Counted from the first letter of the stretch, positions 27,747 to 42,641 are shown. The stretch is 64,000 nt of DNA from Kiritimatiellia bacterium (GCA_050950285.1 JBMNHG010000003.1:492337-556336); one strand, 5' to 3'. The notes: generated by a model from the letters alone, not told the origin. Program-made: numbers and translations.

Positions 27747-30700
27747 ATGAACCGCCTCCCCCCGCTCCTCCTCCTTTTCGCCGCCGCATCCGCCTGCGCA
27801 GCCCCCCCCCTCGCCCCGCCGCCCGTCTCGCCCGCGCCTTTCGCCGGCGGCGAGGCGCAGCGCCTCGACCCGGTGTTCACGGTCGAGAACTACGTCTGGG
27901 GCGGCGGACACGACATCCCCGCCGGAACTCGCCAACGCCCCGTCTATCGCATCGGCGACAAATGCGTCGCCCCGCCGACACGCGCAACGGACGAAGGCAT
28001 GCCCGCGATCTTCCACGAAGGAAAGCGCCTCGTGTTGATCCAGTTCTGGGGCTCGATGGACGATCCGGTCCGCGGCGCGGAGAACCCCGCAACGGGATTC
28101 GGCTACCCCTTCCGCAATCTGCCCGACGACCCGCCGCGCCATGCGTTCGACGCCGAGACCGGTCGCACGACGTGGTCGAAACCCTACCGCCTCCTCGACG
28201 GCACGAAAGCCGTGTTCTCGTGGACGCTCGAACCCGACGGCCCGTCGCGCGTGAAACTCTCGTGGGACACCGGCGCGCCCGACGCGCCGGAAGCCACCGT
28301 GGCCCCCTGGTTCTGCTTCGACTCGTCCGTCGCGCACGAAGACGCCTTCGCCTTTGGCGGCAGCGTCTACACACTGCCACCCGACGAGGCCTTCGACGGG
28401 GCTGCAAACAACACGATCGTCGACGCCGCCACACACACCGGGCGCGAACTCTCGTTCCGAGCCGCCGATCCCGAGCGCGGCTTCCTCGCATTGTTTCCCT
28501 TCGACACGCGATGCCAATGGTCGGCGACGCGCGAGCTCCACGGCCCGAAGCAAAACCTGTCGCGCTTCTCCATCGTCGCGCGTCCGATGCCGACAAACGC
28601 GGTCGAACGCACCGCCTGGGCCCACCAAGGCAGCCTCGTGCTCGACCTCCGCCTGGCGCGGCCCCGGCGCGACGCCGGGCTGCCGCCGCCCGTCGGCGGC
28701 ATCGACTTCTGGGCCGCCGACGCCACGGAAGTGTACGCGCGGCCGGGGCGCAACCTTCTGGTCAACGGCGGCTTCGAACAAGACCTCCATGGCTGGAACT
28801 GGTACGGTGGCGGCGCGACATTCAAGCCCGGCCAGCGCCGCATCCAGGTTCTGGAGACCGACGACGCGCGGTTTGGCTCGCGCTGCCTCTACATCGCCCC
28901 AAGCGGCGGCATCTGGCCTGCGGGACTGAAGACATTCCCGATCCCAACGCAGGCGGGACGCGATTACACGCTGAGTTTCTGGGCAAAAGGCGAACGCCCC
29001 GGCCGTGTGGTAAAAGTCTGGTTCTCCTCCGTCGCGCGAGGCGGCCCCTACAACTGGTACGAACAGGGCCGCCTGGAATCCGCGCGCTATCCGGTCGCCG
29101 AAGAATGGACGCGCTACACGCGGACGATCCCCGGCACGCCCCACGGCATCATGATCCTGATTGATGGCGGAGAAGTCTTCGTGGACGGCATGCAGTTCGA
29201 AGAAGGATCCGAAGCGACGCCCTACGAGCCCGCGCCCATCGAGGGACGCTTCACCACCGAGCGCCCCTACGCCGACTTTGCGCCGGGCGAAACGATCGGC
29301 GCCGCGCTCGAGCTCGCAGGACGCCCCGGCACGGAGGCCAACGTCGCGCTGAGCCTCCAGAACCCCTGGCGGGAAACGCTCTTCGAGACGAACGTCGTCG
29401 CGCGCTTCGACGACGCAGGCGTCGCCCGCATCGACCTCGCCGCGATCGAACGCGCGCCGCTCCTCCGCGGCGTGCTCGCGCTCCGGGCGTTCTACGAGGT
29501 CGAAGGCTTCGCGCCCTGGGCCGACCACTTCCGCTTCAGCGTCCTCGACCGCCTCGACAACCGCCACGCCACGCGCAACCTCGCCGGCTGCCATCTCGGC
29601 GACGCCCAACGCGTTCAGGATGGCGACGAGCTCGCCCGCCTCTTCCGCGAATGGGGCTTCGCCGCGACGAGCCACGGCAGCACCCGCTCCGTCACGAACG
29701 GCGAGGGGCTCGAACTCGCGCGCACAAACCGCTTCACGAACCTCATGCGCCCCGTCACATCCGACCACGCGCCCATCTTCCGCAACATCCGCGACTGGAC
29801 GGACGTGACGCCCGAAATGGAGGCGGAGATCGAGCAAATCGCCTACGACACGGTCCGCACCAACGACGTCATGTTCCGCGGCTGGACGCTCGACAACGAA
29901 GAGGAGAGCTGCCTCCTCCCCCTGAAGAAGCCCGAGATCTACGCCAAGGCGCAGCTCGCCGTCCATCGCGGCGCGCACCGGGCCCGGCCCGACGTGCTCG
30001 TCGCGCCCACGCACGGCACGAGCGGCTACTCCGCCATCCGCGGCTCCGAACCGATGGATGCCTACCTGCGCGAAGCCGCCAGGCTCGGCGTCCTTTACGA
30101 CGTCGTCTGCATCCACCCCTACGGCAACATCGACGGCGGCACGCTGGGCCGGCTCGACCTCGACGCCGAGACCGGGCGCCTGCTCGACTCCATGCGCCGC
30201 AACGGCTACCCGGAGACGACGCCCATCATGTTCACCGAAATGTGGAACGTCCCCGAAAACCACATCCCCGCCTGGGGCGCAGGCCCGAACCTCGACCACT
30301 ACAAAGGCGGCAAGCCGACCTACGACTTCTCCAACCGCGAAGCCGTGGCGGCCGGCTCCGTCGCCCGCGCCTTCATCATCGCCCTGAAGTTCCATCCGCG
30401 CCTCCTCGGCTGCCACTACTGGTGCCATGTGGACATGGACGCACGCCACACGCCGCTCGTCCTCGCCGCCTGCATCAACACCCTGGGCAACCACTTCCCC
30501 GACGCCCGCTTCGTCGCCTCCGCGCGCCCCTCCGCCACCATCCGCGCCTACACCTTCAAACGGGTCGCGGAACCCACGTACACATCCGCGGCCCCCGCGC
30601 CCGCCAAGGCCCCGGCCGGCGTCGCCGCCGTCTGGACGCTCGACCACGATGTCGAAAACGGCCTGCGCCAGGGCCCCGCGCTGCGCGTGAAGTTCGGGCA

Positions 30701-31832
30701 GAAGGTACGGCTCTTCGACCTCATGGGCAACGAGCGCCGGGCCGACGCCGACGATGCCGGGGTCACGACGCTGCCGCTCACGCCGATCCCGATTCTCGTC
30801 GAGGCGGCCGATCCCGACGCGCTCGCGCAAGCCCTTGCCGACGCGGAGACCGACGACACCGCCTCCTCTCTGGCGCTCGACTTCATCCCGTCGGCCGATG
30901 GCGCGATGACGGCGAAGCTCGTCAACAAGACCTCGCGCGAGCAGCGGGGCACGGTCGCCCTCGACGGCAACGCCCGACCCTACGTCCTCGCCGGGGGCGG
31001 CACGCTCGAATGGCCCGTCGCGCGCTTCGACCCGAAGCCGCTCGCCCCCGCGCCCTTCCGCACCGCCTGGCGCATCGCGGGCGCCTCGGGCGGCGTCCCG
31101 TTCGTCGGCACCTGGAACGCCGAGACCATCCTGTTCCCGCGTGCGGACACGGCCACGCCCGACGCGCTCGCCCCCTTGCCGTGGATCGACATCGCCAACC
31201 GCTGCACCGTCGCGCCGGCGACGTTCGGCGAGGGACGCGACGGCATCCCGGACTTCGCCGCCCGCTACCGCGCGGCGTGGAGCCCCGAGGGGCTGCGGCT
31301 CCAAGTCGAGATCGAAGACGACGCCCTGCGCGCCTACCCGGGAGCCGAAGCGCTCCCCGATTCCCACAAGCACCTCTGGACGCGCGATGCGTGCCTCGAA
31401 GTCTATTTCGACTGCCGGGCCAACGCCCGCCTCAATGCGTCGGGCGACTTCGACCTCGACGACTACCGCTACGACTTCGCGCCGCCCGCCGACCTCGCCA
31501 CCGGCCGCGGCCGCGTGTGGCGCTGGCGCGCGGTCGACCACCAGCTCGCGGACGGGGTCAACATGCCCACTCCGGAGGAAGCCGCCGAAAAGATCGAGTG
31601 CCACTGGACGCGCACCGCCCGCGGCGGCCGCTACGACATCCTCTTCCGGCCGCGCTACCTGGAGCCGATCACCCTCGGCGAAGGGCGGCGCTTCGGCTTC
31701 GCCCTCGCCATCCACGACCACGACAGCGAAACGGACCAGCCGCTCGACGACAAGTTCCTCACCACCACCGTCGAACCCGGCCGCGTCCCCGACCACCGCC
31801 CCGAAATCTGGGGAACCGTGATTTTGAAGTGA
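27747..31832 (+). CDS. Large secreted multidomain CAZyme-like protein (CBM4/9-like + clan GH-A-like + CBM9-like)
   Basis: Signal peptide; NLLVNGGFE, YTLSFWAKG, VDGMQFEEG (CBM). WTLDNEE, YDVVCIHPY, PIMFTE (GH-A). DACLEVYFD, FGFALAIHDHD, PEIWG (CBM9-like). Confidence 0.75.
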   Translation: MNRLPPLLLLFAAASACAAPPLAPPPVSPAPFAGGEAQRLDPVFTVENYVWGGGHDIPAGTRQRPVYRIGDKCVAPPTRATDEGMPAIFHEGKRLVLIQFWGSMDDPVRGAENPATGFGYPFRNLPDDPPRHAFDAETGRTTWSKPYRLLDGTKAVFSWTLEPDGPSRVKLSWDTGAPDAPEATVAPWFCFDSSVAHEDAFAFGGSVYTLPPDEAFDGAANNTIVDAATHTGRELSFRAADPERGFLALFPFDTRCQWSATRELHGPKQNLSRFSIVARPMPTNAVERTAWAHQGSLVLDLRLARPRRDAGLPPPVGGIDFWAADATEVYARPGRNLLVNGGFEQDLHGWNWYGGGATFKPGQRRIQVLETDDARFGSRCLYIAPSGGIWPAGLKTFPIPTQAGRDYTLSFWAKGERPGRVVKVWFSSVARGGPYNWYEQGRLESARYPVAEEWTRYTRTIPGTPHGIMILIDGGEVFVDGMQFEEGSEATPYEPAPIEGRFTTERPYADFAPGETIGAALELAGRPGTEANVALSLQNPWRETLFETNVVARFDDAGVARIDLAAIERAPLLRGVLALRAFYEVEGFAPWADHFRFSVLDRLDNRHATRNLAGCHLGDAQRVQDGDELARLFREWGFAATSHGSTRSVTNGEGLELARTNRFTNLMRPVTSDHAPIFRNIRDWTDVTPEMEAEIEQIAYDTVRTNDVMFRGWTLDNEEESCLLPLKKPEIYAKAQLAVHRGAHRARPDVLVAPTHGTSGYSAIRGSEPMDAYLREAARLGVLYDVVCIHPYGNIDGGTLGRLDLDAETGRLLDSMRRNGYPETTPIMFTEMWNVPENHIPAWGAGPNLDHYKGGKPTYDFSNREAVAAGSVARAFIIALKFHPRLLGCHYWCHVDMDARHTPLVLAACINTLGNHFPDARFVASARPSATIRAYTFKRVAEPTYTSAAPAPAKAPAGVAAVWTLDHDVENGLRQGPALRVKFGQKVRLFDLMGNERRADADDAGVTTLPLTPIPILVEAADPDALAQALADAETDDTASSLALDFIPSADGAMTAKLVNKTSREQRGTVALDGNARPYVLAGGGTLEWPVARFDPKPLAPAPFRTAWRIAGASGGVPFVGTWNAETILFPRADTATPDALAPLPWIDIANRCTVAPATFGEGRDGIPDFAARYRAAWSPEGLRLQVEIEDDALRAYPGAEALPDSHKHLWTRDACLEVYFDCRANARLNASGDFDLDDYRYDFAPPADLATGRGRVWRWRAVDHQLADGVNMPTPEEAAEKIECHWTRTARGGRYDILFRPRYLEPITLGEGRRFGFALAIHDHDSETDQPLDDKFLTTTVEPGRVPDHRPEIWGTVILK

Positions 31833-31869
31833 CACTGGAAATTTGCGATGGCTTCAACCTTCAAGCCGC

Positions 31870-31898
31870 TTGAGCCAATAAAGCCTATGTGTTACAAT
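31870..31898 (+). promoter_or_regulatory. Sigma70-type promoter of the 32000-36765 operon
   Basis: TTGAGC-17 bp-TACAAT with TG extension, in an AT-rich intergenic segment. Confidence 0.6.
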
Positions 31899-31999
31899 TT
31901 TCCGCTACATCCAAAGATTCCCCGGCGGTCTCGCGTCTGATGCGCAACAGATCCCTGGATGGGGTCCAATGGAAAGCACGCAAACAAGGAAAGTCTGTC

Positions 32000-33256
32000 A
32001 TGGGCATCAGCATTGGGTTGGTCGGTCTTGGGTCGTTCGGGAGTTGTTTCGCCCCCCTCTTCAAACAACATCCGCTGGTGGATCGCATCGGCTTGTGCGA
32101 CCGGGAGCCGACACGGCTGAAGAAGTTTGCCGACAACCCCTTCTATGCCGACAAGCTCGACCGGGAACGCGATCTCTACGCATCGCTCGACGACATCTGC
32201 AAAGCCGATTTCGATGCGCTCGTCATCATCACACAGCCCTGGCTCCACGCCCCGCAGTGCATCCAGGCGCTCGAACACGACAAGCACGTCTACAGCGCCG
32301 TGCCGATCATCTCGATTCCCGACGACGACGAAATCCTCGATTGGTGCGACAAGCTCGTCGTCGCCGTCAATCGCACCGGGCGGCACTACATGCTGGGCGA
32401 AACAACCTATTTTCGCCCGCAGACGATGTTCTGCCGCAAGAAGGCGCGCGAAGGCGCCTTCGGCGATTTCGTCTACGCCGAAGGCGAATACATGCACGAT
32501 GTCGATTCCGGATGCAACCTTCGCCAGGTCGAGCACGCCCGGACATCCAGCCAATCCGGAAAGGAATGGCTGGCGCTAAGCGAACGCTACCAACGTCAAG
32601 GCATCCGCGGCGGCCCCATGCACTACCCGACCCACTCGGTCAGCGGCCCCGTCTGCGTGATGAACGCCCATGCCGTGCGGGTCAACGCCTACGGCCACGC
32701 GAACCGGACGAACGACCCGTATTTTCACAACGACGCCTTCAGCAATGAAATGGCGCTGTTCAAGATGAGCAACGGTGCCGCGGTCCGCATCCTCGAGACA
32801 CGGGAAACACCGGGCAGGGTTGGAGCCGAAGACGAAACGTTCCGCGTTTTTGGAACACGGGGCAGCTTTTCCGAAAACCGCTGGTTCACGGCGGGGCGGC
32901 CGGACTTCGAGAACCTCGATCTGTCGAACCTCCCAAAGACGGAAACGCTTCACCTGACTCCCGCCGAGATGTTCGATCCGCTGCCGCCCGACGTCGAACT
33001 CGCCTTCAAAAAGGCCATGCACCAGGACAAGGACGACAGCGAACTGCTGAGCATCGACTTCGTCCCCGAAGGCCACGGCGGCTCGCACCCCTATCTCGTC
33101 AATGAATTCGTCGATGCCGTGGCACACGACCGCATCCCCGCAATCAACATCTGGGAAGCCGTCCGCTACATGGCCATGGGCGTCGCGGCGCACCAATCAG
33201 CCCTCAAGGACGGCGAAACCGTCGCCGTCGCCGACTGGGGCGACGCCCCTGTCTAG
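32000..33256 (+). CDS. Gfo/Idh/MocA-family NAD-binding protein, GH109-like
   Basis: IGLVGLGSFG Rossmann motif, HVYSAVP, YAEGEYMH, HYPTHS, GHGGSHP. Confidence 0.85.
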   Translation: MGISIGLVGLGSFGSCFAPLFKQHPLVDRIGLCDREPTRLKKFADNPFYADKLDRERDLYASLDDICKADFDALVIITQPWLHAPQCIQALEHDKHVYSAVPIISIPDDDEILDWCDKLVVAVNRTGRHYMLGETTYFRPQTMFCRKKAREGAFGDFVYAEGEYMHDVDSGCNLRQVEHARTSSQSGKEWLALSERYQRQGIRGGPMHYPTHSVSGPVCVMNAHAVRVNAYGHANRTNDPYFHNDAFSNEMALFKMSNGAAVRILETRETPGRVGAEDETFRVFGTRGSFSENRWFTAGRPDFENLDLSNLPKTETLHLTPAEMFDPLPPDVELAFKKAMHQDKDDSELLSIDFVPEGHGGSHPYLVNEFVDAVAHDRIPAINIWEAVRYMAMGVAAHQSALKDGETVAVADWGDAPV

Positions 33257-33266
33257 GAAACCTCCC

Positions 33267-34772
33267 ATGAACGGAAACATCATCCTCAACCGCGACTTCG
33301 CCATCGGCGAAGCCGAAGGCACCCTCTACGGGGGCTTCATCGAACACCTCGGCCGCGCCGTCCACACGGGCATCTACGAGCCCGGCCACCCGACGGCCGA
33401 CGCCGACGGCCTGCGCGACGACGTCGCGGCGCTCGTCCGCGACCTCGACATGCCGCTCACGCGCTACCCCGGCGGCAACTTCGTCTCGGGGTTCGACTGG
33501 AAAGACGCCATCGGCCCCAAGGACAAGCGCCCCGTCCGCCCCGACTACGCGTGGCAGAGTCTGGAGACGAACGAATTCGGCCTCGACGAGTTCGTCAAAT
33601 GGTGCCGCAAGGCCAACACCAAGCCGTTCTACGCCGTCAACCTGGGCACCGGCACGCCGAAGTCCGCCCAGGAGATCGTCGAGTACTGCAACTTCCCGAA
33701 AGGCAGCGCCTGGAGCGACCTCCGCCGCGCCAACGGCGCCGACGCCCCGCACGGCATCACGCATTGGTGCCTCGGCAACGAGATGGATGGCGATTGGCAG
33801 ATCGGGCACAAGACCGCCGTCGAATACGGACGCATCGCCTATGAAACGGCCAAGATGATGAAGATGGTCGATCCCTCGATCAAGCTCGCCGCCTGCGGTT
33901 CGAGCACCCGCGGCATGTCGACCTTCGGCGCGTGGGACTACGACATCCTCCGCGAATGCCTCCCGGCCGTGGACTACCTGTCGATCCACGCCTACTTCGC
34001 CAACCGCGAGAAGGATCTCCCCGCCTTCCTCGCCTCGCCCGAACAGCTCGGGCTCCAGATCGCCGAATCGATCGCCTGCTGCGACGCCGCCGCCGCCGCC
34101 CTTAAGAGCCCCCGCAAGCTGATGCTCGCGCTCGACGAGTGGAACGTCTGGTACCACGCGCCGGGCGGCACGCCCGACACCGAGTGGCAGCGCGTCCGCC
34201 CCCTCTTCGAGGAAGCCTACGACATGGCCGACGTGCTCGTCGTGGGCGGTCTCCTGATGACGATGCTCGCCCACGCCGACCGCCTGAAGATCGGCTGCAT
34301 CGCCCAGACGGTCAACGTCATCGCCCCGATCACGACCGTCCCCGGCGGCCCCGTGTGGAAGCAGACCATCTACTACCCGTTCTGGTACGCGTCGCGCTAC
34401 GGCCGCGGCACGTCGCTGCGCCTGGTCGTCGAATCCCCGACGTACCAGACCCCGCGCGTCCCCGAACCGGTGAAGTTCCTTCACGCCGCCGCCGTTCACA
34501 ACGCCGAGCGCAACGAAATCGCCCTCTTCGCGCTCAACCGCTCGCCCGAGGAATCGCTGGATCTGACCGTCGCCTTGCAAGGGTTCGCCCCGACCGCCAT
34601 CGTCGAGGCCGTTGAGATCCGCCACGACGACCTCGACGCGACCAACGACGCAAACGAACAGCGCGTCAAGCCCGCCGCCATCCCCGACGGGCTCGTCCGC
34701 CTCGACGGCGACAAGCTCCAAGCAACGCTTTCGCCGCTTTCCTGGAACTGCATCCGCATAGCCGCAAAATGA
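33267..34772 (+). CDS. abfA: Alpha-L-arabinofuranosidase (GH51)
   Basis: GGFIEHLGRAV, RYPGGNFVS, WCLGNEMDG, LALDEWNVW, AQTVNVIAPI. Confidence 0.92.
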   Translation: MNGNIILNRDFAIGEAEGTLYGGFIEHLGRAVHTGIYEPGHPTADADGLRDDVAALVRDLDMPLTRYPGGNFVSGFDWKDAIGPKDKRPVRPDYAWQSLETNEFGLDEFVKWCRKANTKPFYAVNLGTGTPKSAQEIVEYCNFPKGSAWSDLRRANGADAPHGITHWCLGNEMDGDWQIGHKTAVEYGRIAYETAKMMKMVDPSIKLAACGSSTRGMSTFGAWDYDILRECLPAVDYLSIHAYFANREKDLPAFLASPEQLGLQIAESIACCDAAAAALKSPRKLMLALDEWNVWYHAPGGTPDTEWQRVRPLFEEAYDMADVLVVGGLLMTMLAHADRLKIGCIAQTVNVIAPITTVPGGPVWKQTIYYPFWYASRYGRGTSLRLVVESPTYQTPRVPEPVKFLHAAAVHNAERNEIALFALNRSPEESLDLTVALQGFAPTAIVEAVEIRHDDLDATNDANEQRVKPAAIPDGLVRLDGDKLQATLSPLSWNCIRIAAK

Positions 34773-35536
34773 CACCGCTCGAAAAACAGATCGCCCAAAA
34801 ACACCCGATCCTCGTCTCCGACACGTGGGGCGGCGGCCATCGGGTCATTTTCGATTTCGAAGGCCGAAAAGGCTGGGTCATCGAACCCGGCACGCCGCGC
34901 GCGGACCGCCCTTGGTGCTGGACCCTGCAATGGATGGGCGCGTTTCTCGACCGCACCGGCGCACCCGACCTCGTCCGCAAAGGCTACCACCACGTCCACC
35001 TCGACGCGTTCGACACGCGGGCGGACGATGCGGGCATCGCCGCGCTCGCGTCGTTCCAGCGCTATCTCGTGGACGAACTCGGCTTCGCCGCGAAAGCGAA
35101 CCTGATCGGCATGAGCTGGGGCGGCTTCTACTCCATCCGCTACGCGGCCGCGCACCCCGACAACGTCGCCGCCATCTATCTGGACGCACCGCTGCTCTGC
35201 CTCATGCCCACGGTCAAAGAAATCGGCCCGTGGCAAAACGAAGCCCCCGCGGACGGCGACTGGTCCGCCGATCCGCGCATGCCCATCAACCTGGCCGACA
35301 AGGTCGCCGCCGCGAAGATCCCCATTCTGTTGCTCTACGGCGGCATGGACTCGCTCGTGCCGCCCGCCGCCAACGCGGAAGTTTTCGTGCCTCGTTTCGA
35401 AGCGGCAGGCGGCGACATCCAGGTCGTCAACCGCGCCGCCTACGGCCACCACCCCCACGGCGTCGAGCTCGACGAAACCTCAATCATCACCGATTTCTTC
35501 GACAAGCCTTCGAAACCGAAAATCCGCGATTCGTAA
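34769..35536 (+). CDS. Alpha/beta-hydrolase (esterase-like)
   Basis: GMSWGG nucleophile, YGGMDSLV, GHHPHG. ATGA overlap with GH51. Confidence 0.85.
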   Translation: MTPLEKQIAQKHPILVSDTWGGGHRVIFDFEGRKGWVIEPGTPRADRPWCWTLQWMGAFLDRTGAPDLVRKGYHHVHLDAFDTRADDAGIAALASFQRYLVDELGFAAKANLIGMSWGGFYSIRYAAAHPDNVAAIYLDAPLLCLMPTVKEIGPWQNEAPADGDWSADPRMPINLADKVAAAKIPILLLYGGMDSLVPPAANAEVFVPRFEAAGGDIQVVNRAAYGHHPHGVELDETSIITDFFDKPSKPKIRDS

Positions 35537-35571
35537 TCCGCGATTTTTCCGGACCCCTTCAAGACGTGACG

Positions 35572-36765
35572 ATGCGCCCGCTCAACCTCACCCTCACCTC
35601 CCCGCTCCCCGACCTCCTGCTTTGCGCGGATGGTACCCGCGCGGCCACCGCCGCCGCGTGGGAGGGCAAACGCCGCCCAGAAGTCCTGGATCTCTGCAAG
35701 CAGTGCCTCTTCGGCGCCTTCCCCGAGCCGCGCCCGGTGCAATGCGAACGCGAAGACGGGATCGAAACCGTCCTCGCCGGCATCCCGGCCGTCCGCGAGC
35801 AGTTCACCCTCCGCTTCGCCGGCATCGAGGTGGCGCTGCTCGTCTTCCGTCCTGTCGAGACCGGAGGCCCCGCGCCCTGCCTCTTCTCCTACAACTACAA
35901 AGGCAATCCATCGATCCACCCGGATCCGGGCATCCGCGGCCGGCTCCATTCCGACTTCAAGCGCGGGAGCCGCACCCATTGCCACAGCCTCCCGGCCATT
36001 CTCGGCTCCGGCTTCGCCTTTGCCACCGCATGCTACGAAGATGTCGAGCGCGACATCGAAGCGATCGGCACCCCCGACATCAGTTGGGAGACGGGCGTGC
36101 GCCGCACGCTCGAGGACGAACTGCCCCACACCGCCTGGGGCAGCATCGGCGCCTGGGCCTGGGGGGAAGTCCGCATTGTCGAGGCGCTTCAAACGCTCCC
36201 CGGCATCGACCCGGGGAAAATCTTCGTCGGCGGACTCTCGCGCCACGGCAAGGCATCCCTGTGGGCGGCGGCGAACGACGAACGCATCGCCGGCGTCATC
36301 TCCAACGGCTCCTGCGCGGCAGGCGCGTCGCTCGTCAGGCACGTGGACAAAGGCACCGAAACGCTGACCGACATGGCGCGCTTCGACAACTGGTTCGCAC
36401 CCGCGTACTACGAGTACAAGAACCGCGAAGACGAATTCCCCATCGACCAGCACTTCCTCCTGGCGCTCGCCGCGCCGCGACCGCTCTACATCGCCGATTC
36501 CGAGGACGATCTTTGGGCCGATCCGCAAGGCGAATTCATGGGTCTCCAGGCGGCATCCCCCGCTTACGCGCTCTACGGGCTTGGCGGATTCGAAAACGCC
36601 GCCTATCCCAAGCCCTACGGCTACGCCTGGTGCGGCAATCAAGGCTTCCAGCTCCGAACGGGCGAGCACGCCTCCACTCCATTCGAATGGTGGGGCTACA
36701 CCCGCTTCCTCAAACGCTGCCTCGCCGGCGACACCACCTTCCAGGCCCGCAATCTGTGGGATTGA
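35572..36765 (+). CDS. CE15-like (glucuronoyl esterase-like) carbohydrate esterase
   Basis: WGSIGAWAWG, GLSRHGK, DQHFLLALAAPRPLY, DLWADPQGE, GEH. Confidence 0.85.
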   Translation: MRPLNLTLTSPLPDLLLCADGTRAATAAAWEGKRRPEVLDLCKQCLFGAFPEPRPVQCEREDGIETVLAGIPAVREQFTLRFAGIEVALLVFRPVETGGPAPCLFSYNYKGNPSIHPDPGIRGRLHSDFKRGSRTHCHSLPAILGSGFAFATACYEDVERDIEAIGTPDISWETGVRRTLEDELPHTAWGSIGAWAWGEVRIVEALQTLPGIDPGKIFVGGLSRHGKASLWAAANDERIAGVISNGSCAAGASLVRHVDKGTETLTDMARFDNWFAPAYYEYKNREDEFPIDQHFLLALAAPRPLYIADSEDDLWADPQGEFMGLQAASPAYALYGLGGFENAAYPKPYGYAWCGNQGFQLRTGEHASTPFEWWGYTRFLKRCLAGDTTFQARNLWD

Positions 36766-36985
36766 TTTTGGCGCCGCCGCCGACGAACGGCCGCGCCGAG
36801 GACGGCGGGCTCCCGGCTGCTTCGACGGTTGCCGGGCGACGAAATGAAGGCGGCGTCCTCGCCCTCGGCCTCGCGCCGACCTGCCTCGCCCGCCGCCGCT
36901 TCGGATCCCGGTTCTGCGGGAGATTTTTTGCGAGGATCTCCGAAGTGCCGGAATCGAGCGGGGAAAAGCCGTTCGGGCCCCCCCG

Positions 36986-37244
36986 AAAAAAACCGGTTGA
37001 CGTGTTTGGGCGGGTTTGCTACATTGCGGACCCTTTTGCGAAACAAGGCGAGCCTCGGCGGACCTGGCGAGCAAGGGGGTCGAAAAAAAAAAGTTTCGAT
37101 TTCCGGTTGACATGCCAATCTGAATAGAGTAACATGCACAACTGCCCTCCGAACCGGGTGGCCTTCGGGCCGCAAGGTGCCGGAGAGCGGGTCGAAAAAA
37201 AGTTTCGATTTCCGGTTGACACGCCAATCTGAAAAGAGTAACGT
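36986..37244 (+). promoter_or_regulatory. Three tandem rRNA promoters with A-tract UP elements
   Basis: TTGACG(36997)-17-TACATT; TTGACA(37107)-17-TAACAT; TTGACA(37216)-17-TAACGT. boxA-like TGTTCTTTGAAA at about 37296 and TGTTCTTTGACA before 23S. Confidence 0.8.
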
Positions 37245-37418
37245 TCAACCCCTGCGCCACGAAACGGGCGGCTGGGCCGCAGCGACAGTGGCGGTTGTTC
37301 TTTGAAAGTTGAATGGCTCACGCGACCTTTCGATTCGGAAGGGACGCGATCCAAGTAGCTTGTGTCGGATTCAAAACCCGAAAACAACGTCGACGGGCTT
37401 CGGCCTGGAGATGTTACT

Positions 37419-38977
<1,559 letters not shown>

Positions 38978-39171
38978 CTAAGGAGAACGGATCATCGGAA
39001 GGTGATCCCAGGTGAAACCCTCTTCCATCGCGAGATGGCCGGGGGAGGCGGTATCGGCAACGACCGCAAACATTCGAAATCAGGCCAAGCTGCCTGGTCG
39101 CGTCCCTTCTGGACCGAAAGCGTGAGCTGTTCGCAATCTCAAGAGCGTCTACCGGTACATCCGCCCTGAAC

Positions 39172-39247
39172 GGGGGCATAGCTCAGTTGGTAGAGCGCGT
39201 GCTTTGCAAGCACGATGTCACCGGTTCGAGCCCGGTTGCCTCCACCA
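39172..39247 (+). tRNA. tRNA-Ala(TGC)
   Basis: Cloverleaf GGGGGCA/TGCCTCC, anticodon arm CGTGC-TTTGCAA-GCACG, encoded CCA. Confidence 0.97.
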
Positions 39248-39284
39248 TGCGATCCATTCGCGGCGGGGCGGGCGGTCTAGATTC

Positions 39285-39361
39285 GGGCGTGTAGCTCAGT
39301 TGGTTAGAGCGCATCCCTGATAAGGATGAGGTCCCAGGTCCGATTCCTGGCACGCCCACCA
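39285..39361 (+). tRNA. tRNA-Ile(GAT)
   Basis: GGGCGTG/CACGCCC acceptor stem, CATCC-CTGATAA-GGATG, encoded CCA. T-loop reads TCCGATT. Confidence 0.95.
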
Positions 39362-39514
39362 ACCCTATGGCGCAGATGCTCTTGGTCCTAACGCTTTGAA
39401 AGCGGAATCGGCTTGGCCGTTCCGGACTCCGCCTGCGGGCGGAAGATGTTCTTTGACAATTGCAAGTCTGGGTAGAAAACAACGTATACCGAGAAAGTAA
39501 CGAGAGTTTCTTTT

Positions 39515-42423
<2,909 letters not shown>

Positions 42424-42515
42424 TTCTTCTTCATGACGAAACACTCTAACTTTCGACGTGTCCGTCGTTTCTCCCAGACTTGCATCCTTTTCCGACTTCG
42501 GTCGGTACACCGTTT

Positions 42516-42632
42516 TCCCGGTGATCATAGCGAGGAGGTAACACCCGTTTCCATTCCGAACACGGCAGTGAAGGGCCTCAGCGTCGAGGGTACTGTGGGG
42601 CTTGCCCATGGGAGAGTAGAACATTGCCGGGA
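42516..42632 (+). rRNA. rrf: 5S rRNA
   Basis: TCCCGGTG...TGCCGGGA terminal helix; CCATTCCGAACAC; GGGAGAGTAG. Confidence 0.95.
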
Positions 42633-42641
42633 TCTATTTTC

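Noticed and set aside
31806..31832. C-termini WGTVILK* (31832) and WGDITIAK* (52893) as further copies of the sorting tag
   Set aside because: PxxWG plus a strand is better explained as the end of a CBM9-like domain, and the spacing differs from T-L-hhh-R. Not counted, though an HMM test should include them.
23116..31835. Very long antisense ORFs (1557 aa and 1386 aa)
   Set aside because: They mirror real plus-strand genes, have no recognisable motifs, and are expected shadow ORFs of high-GC codon usage.
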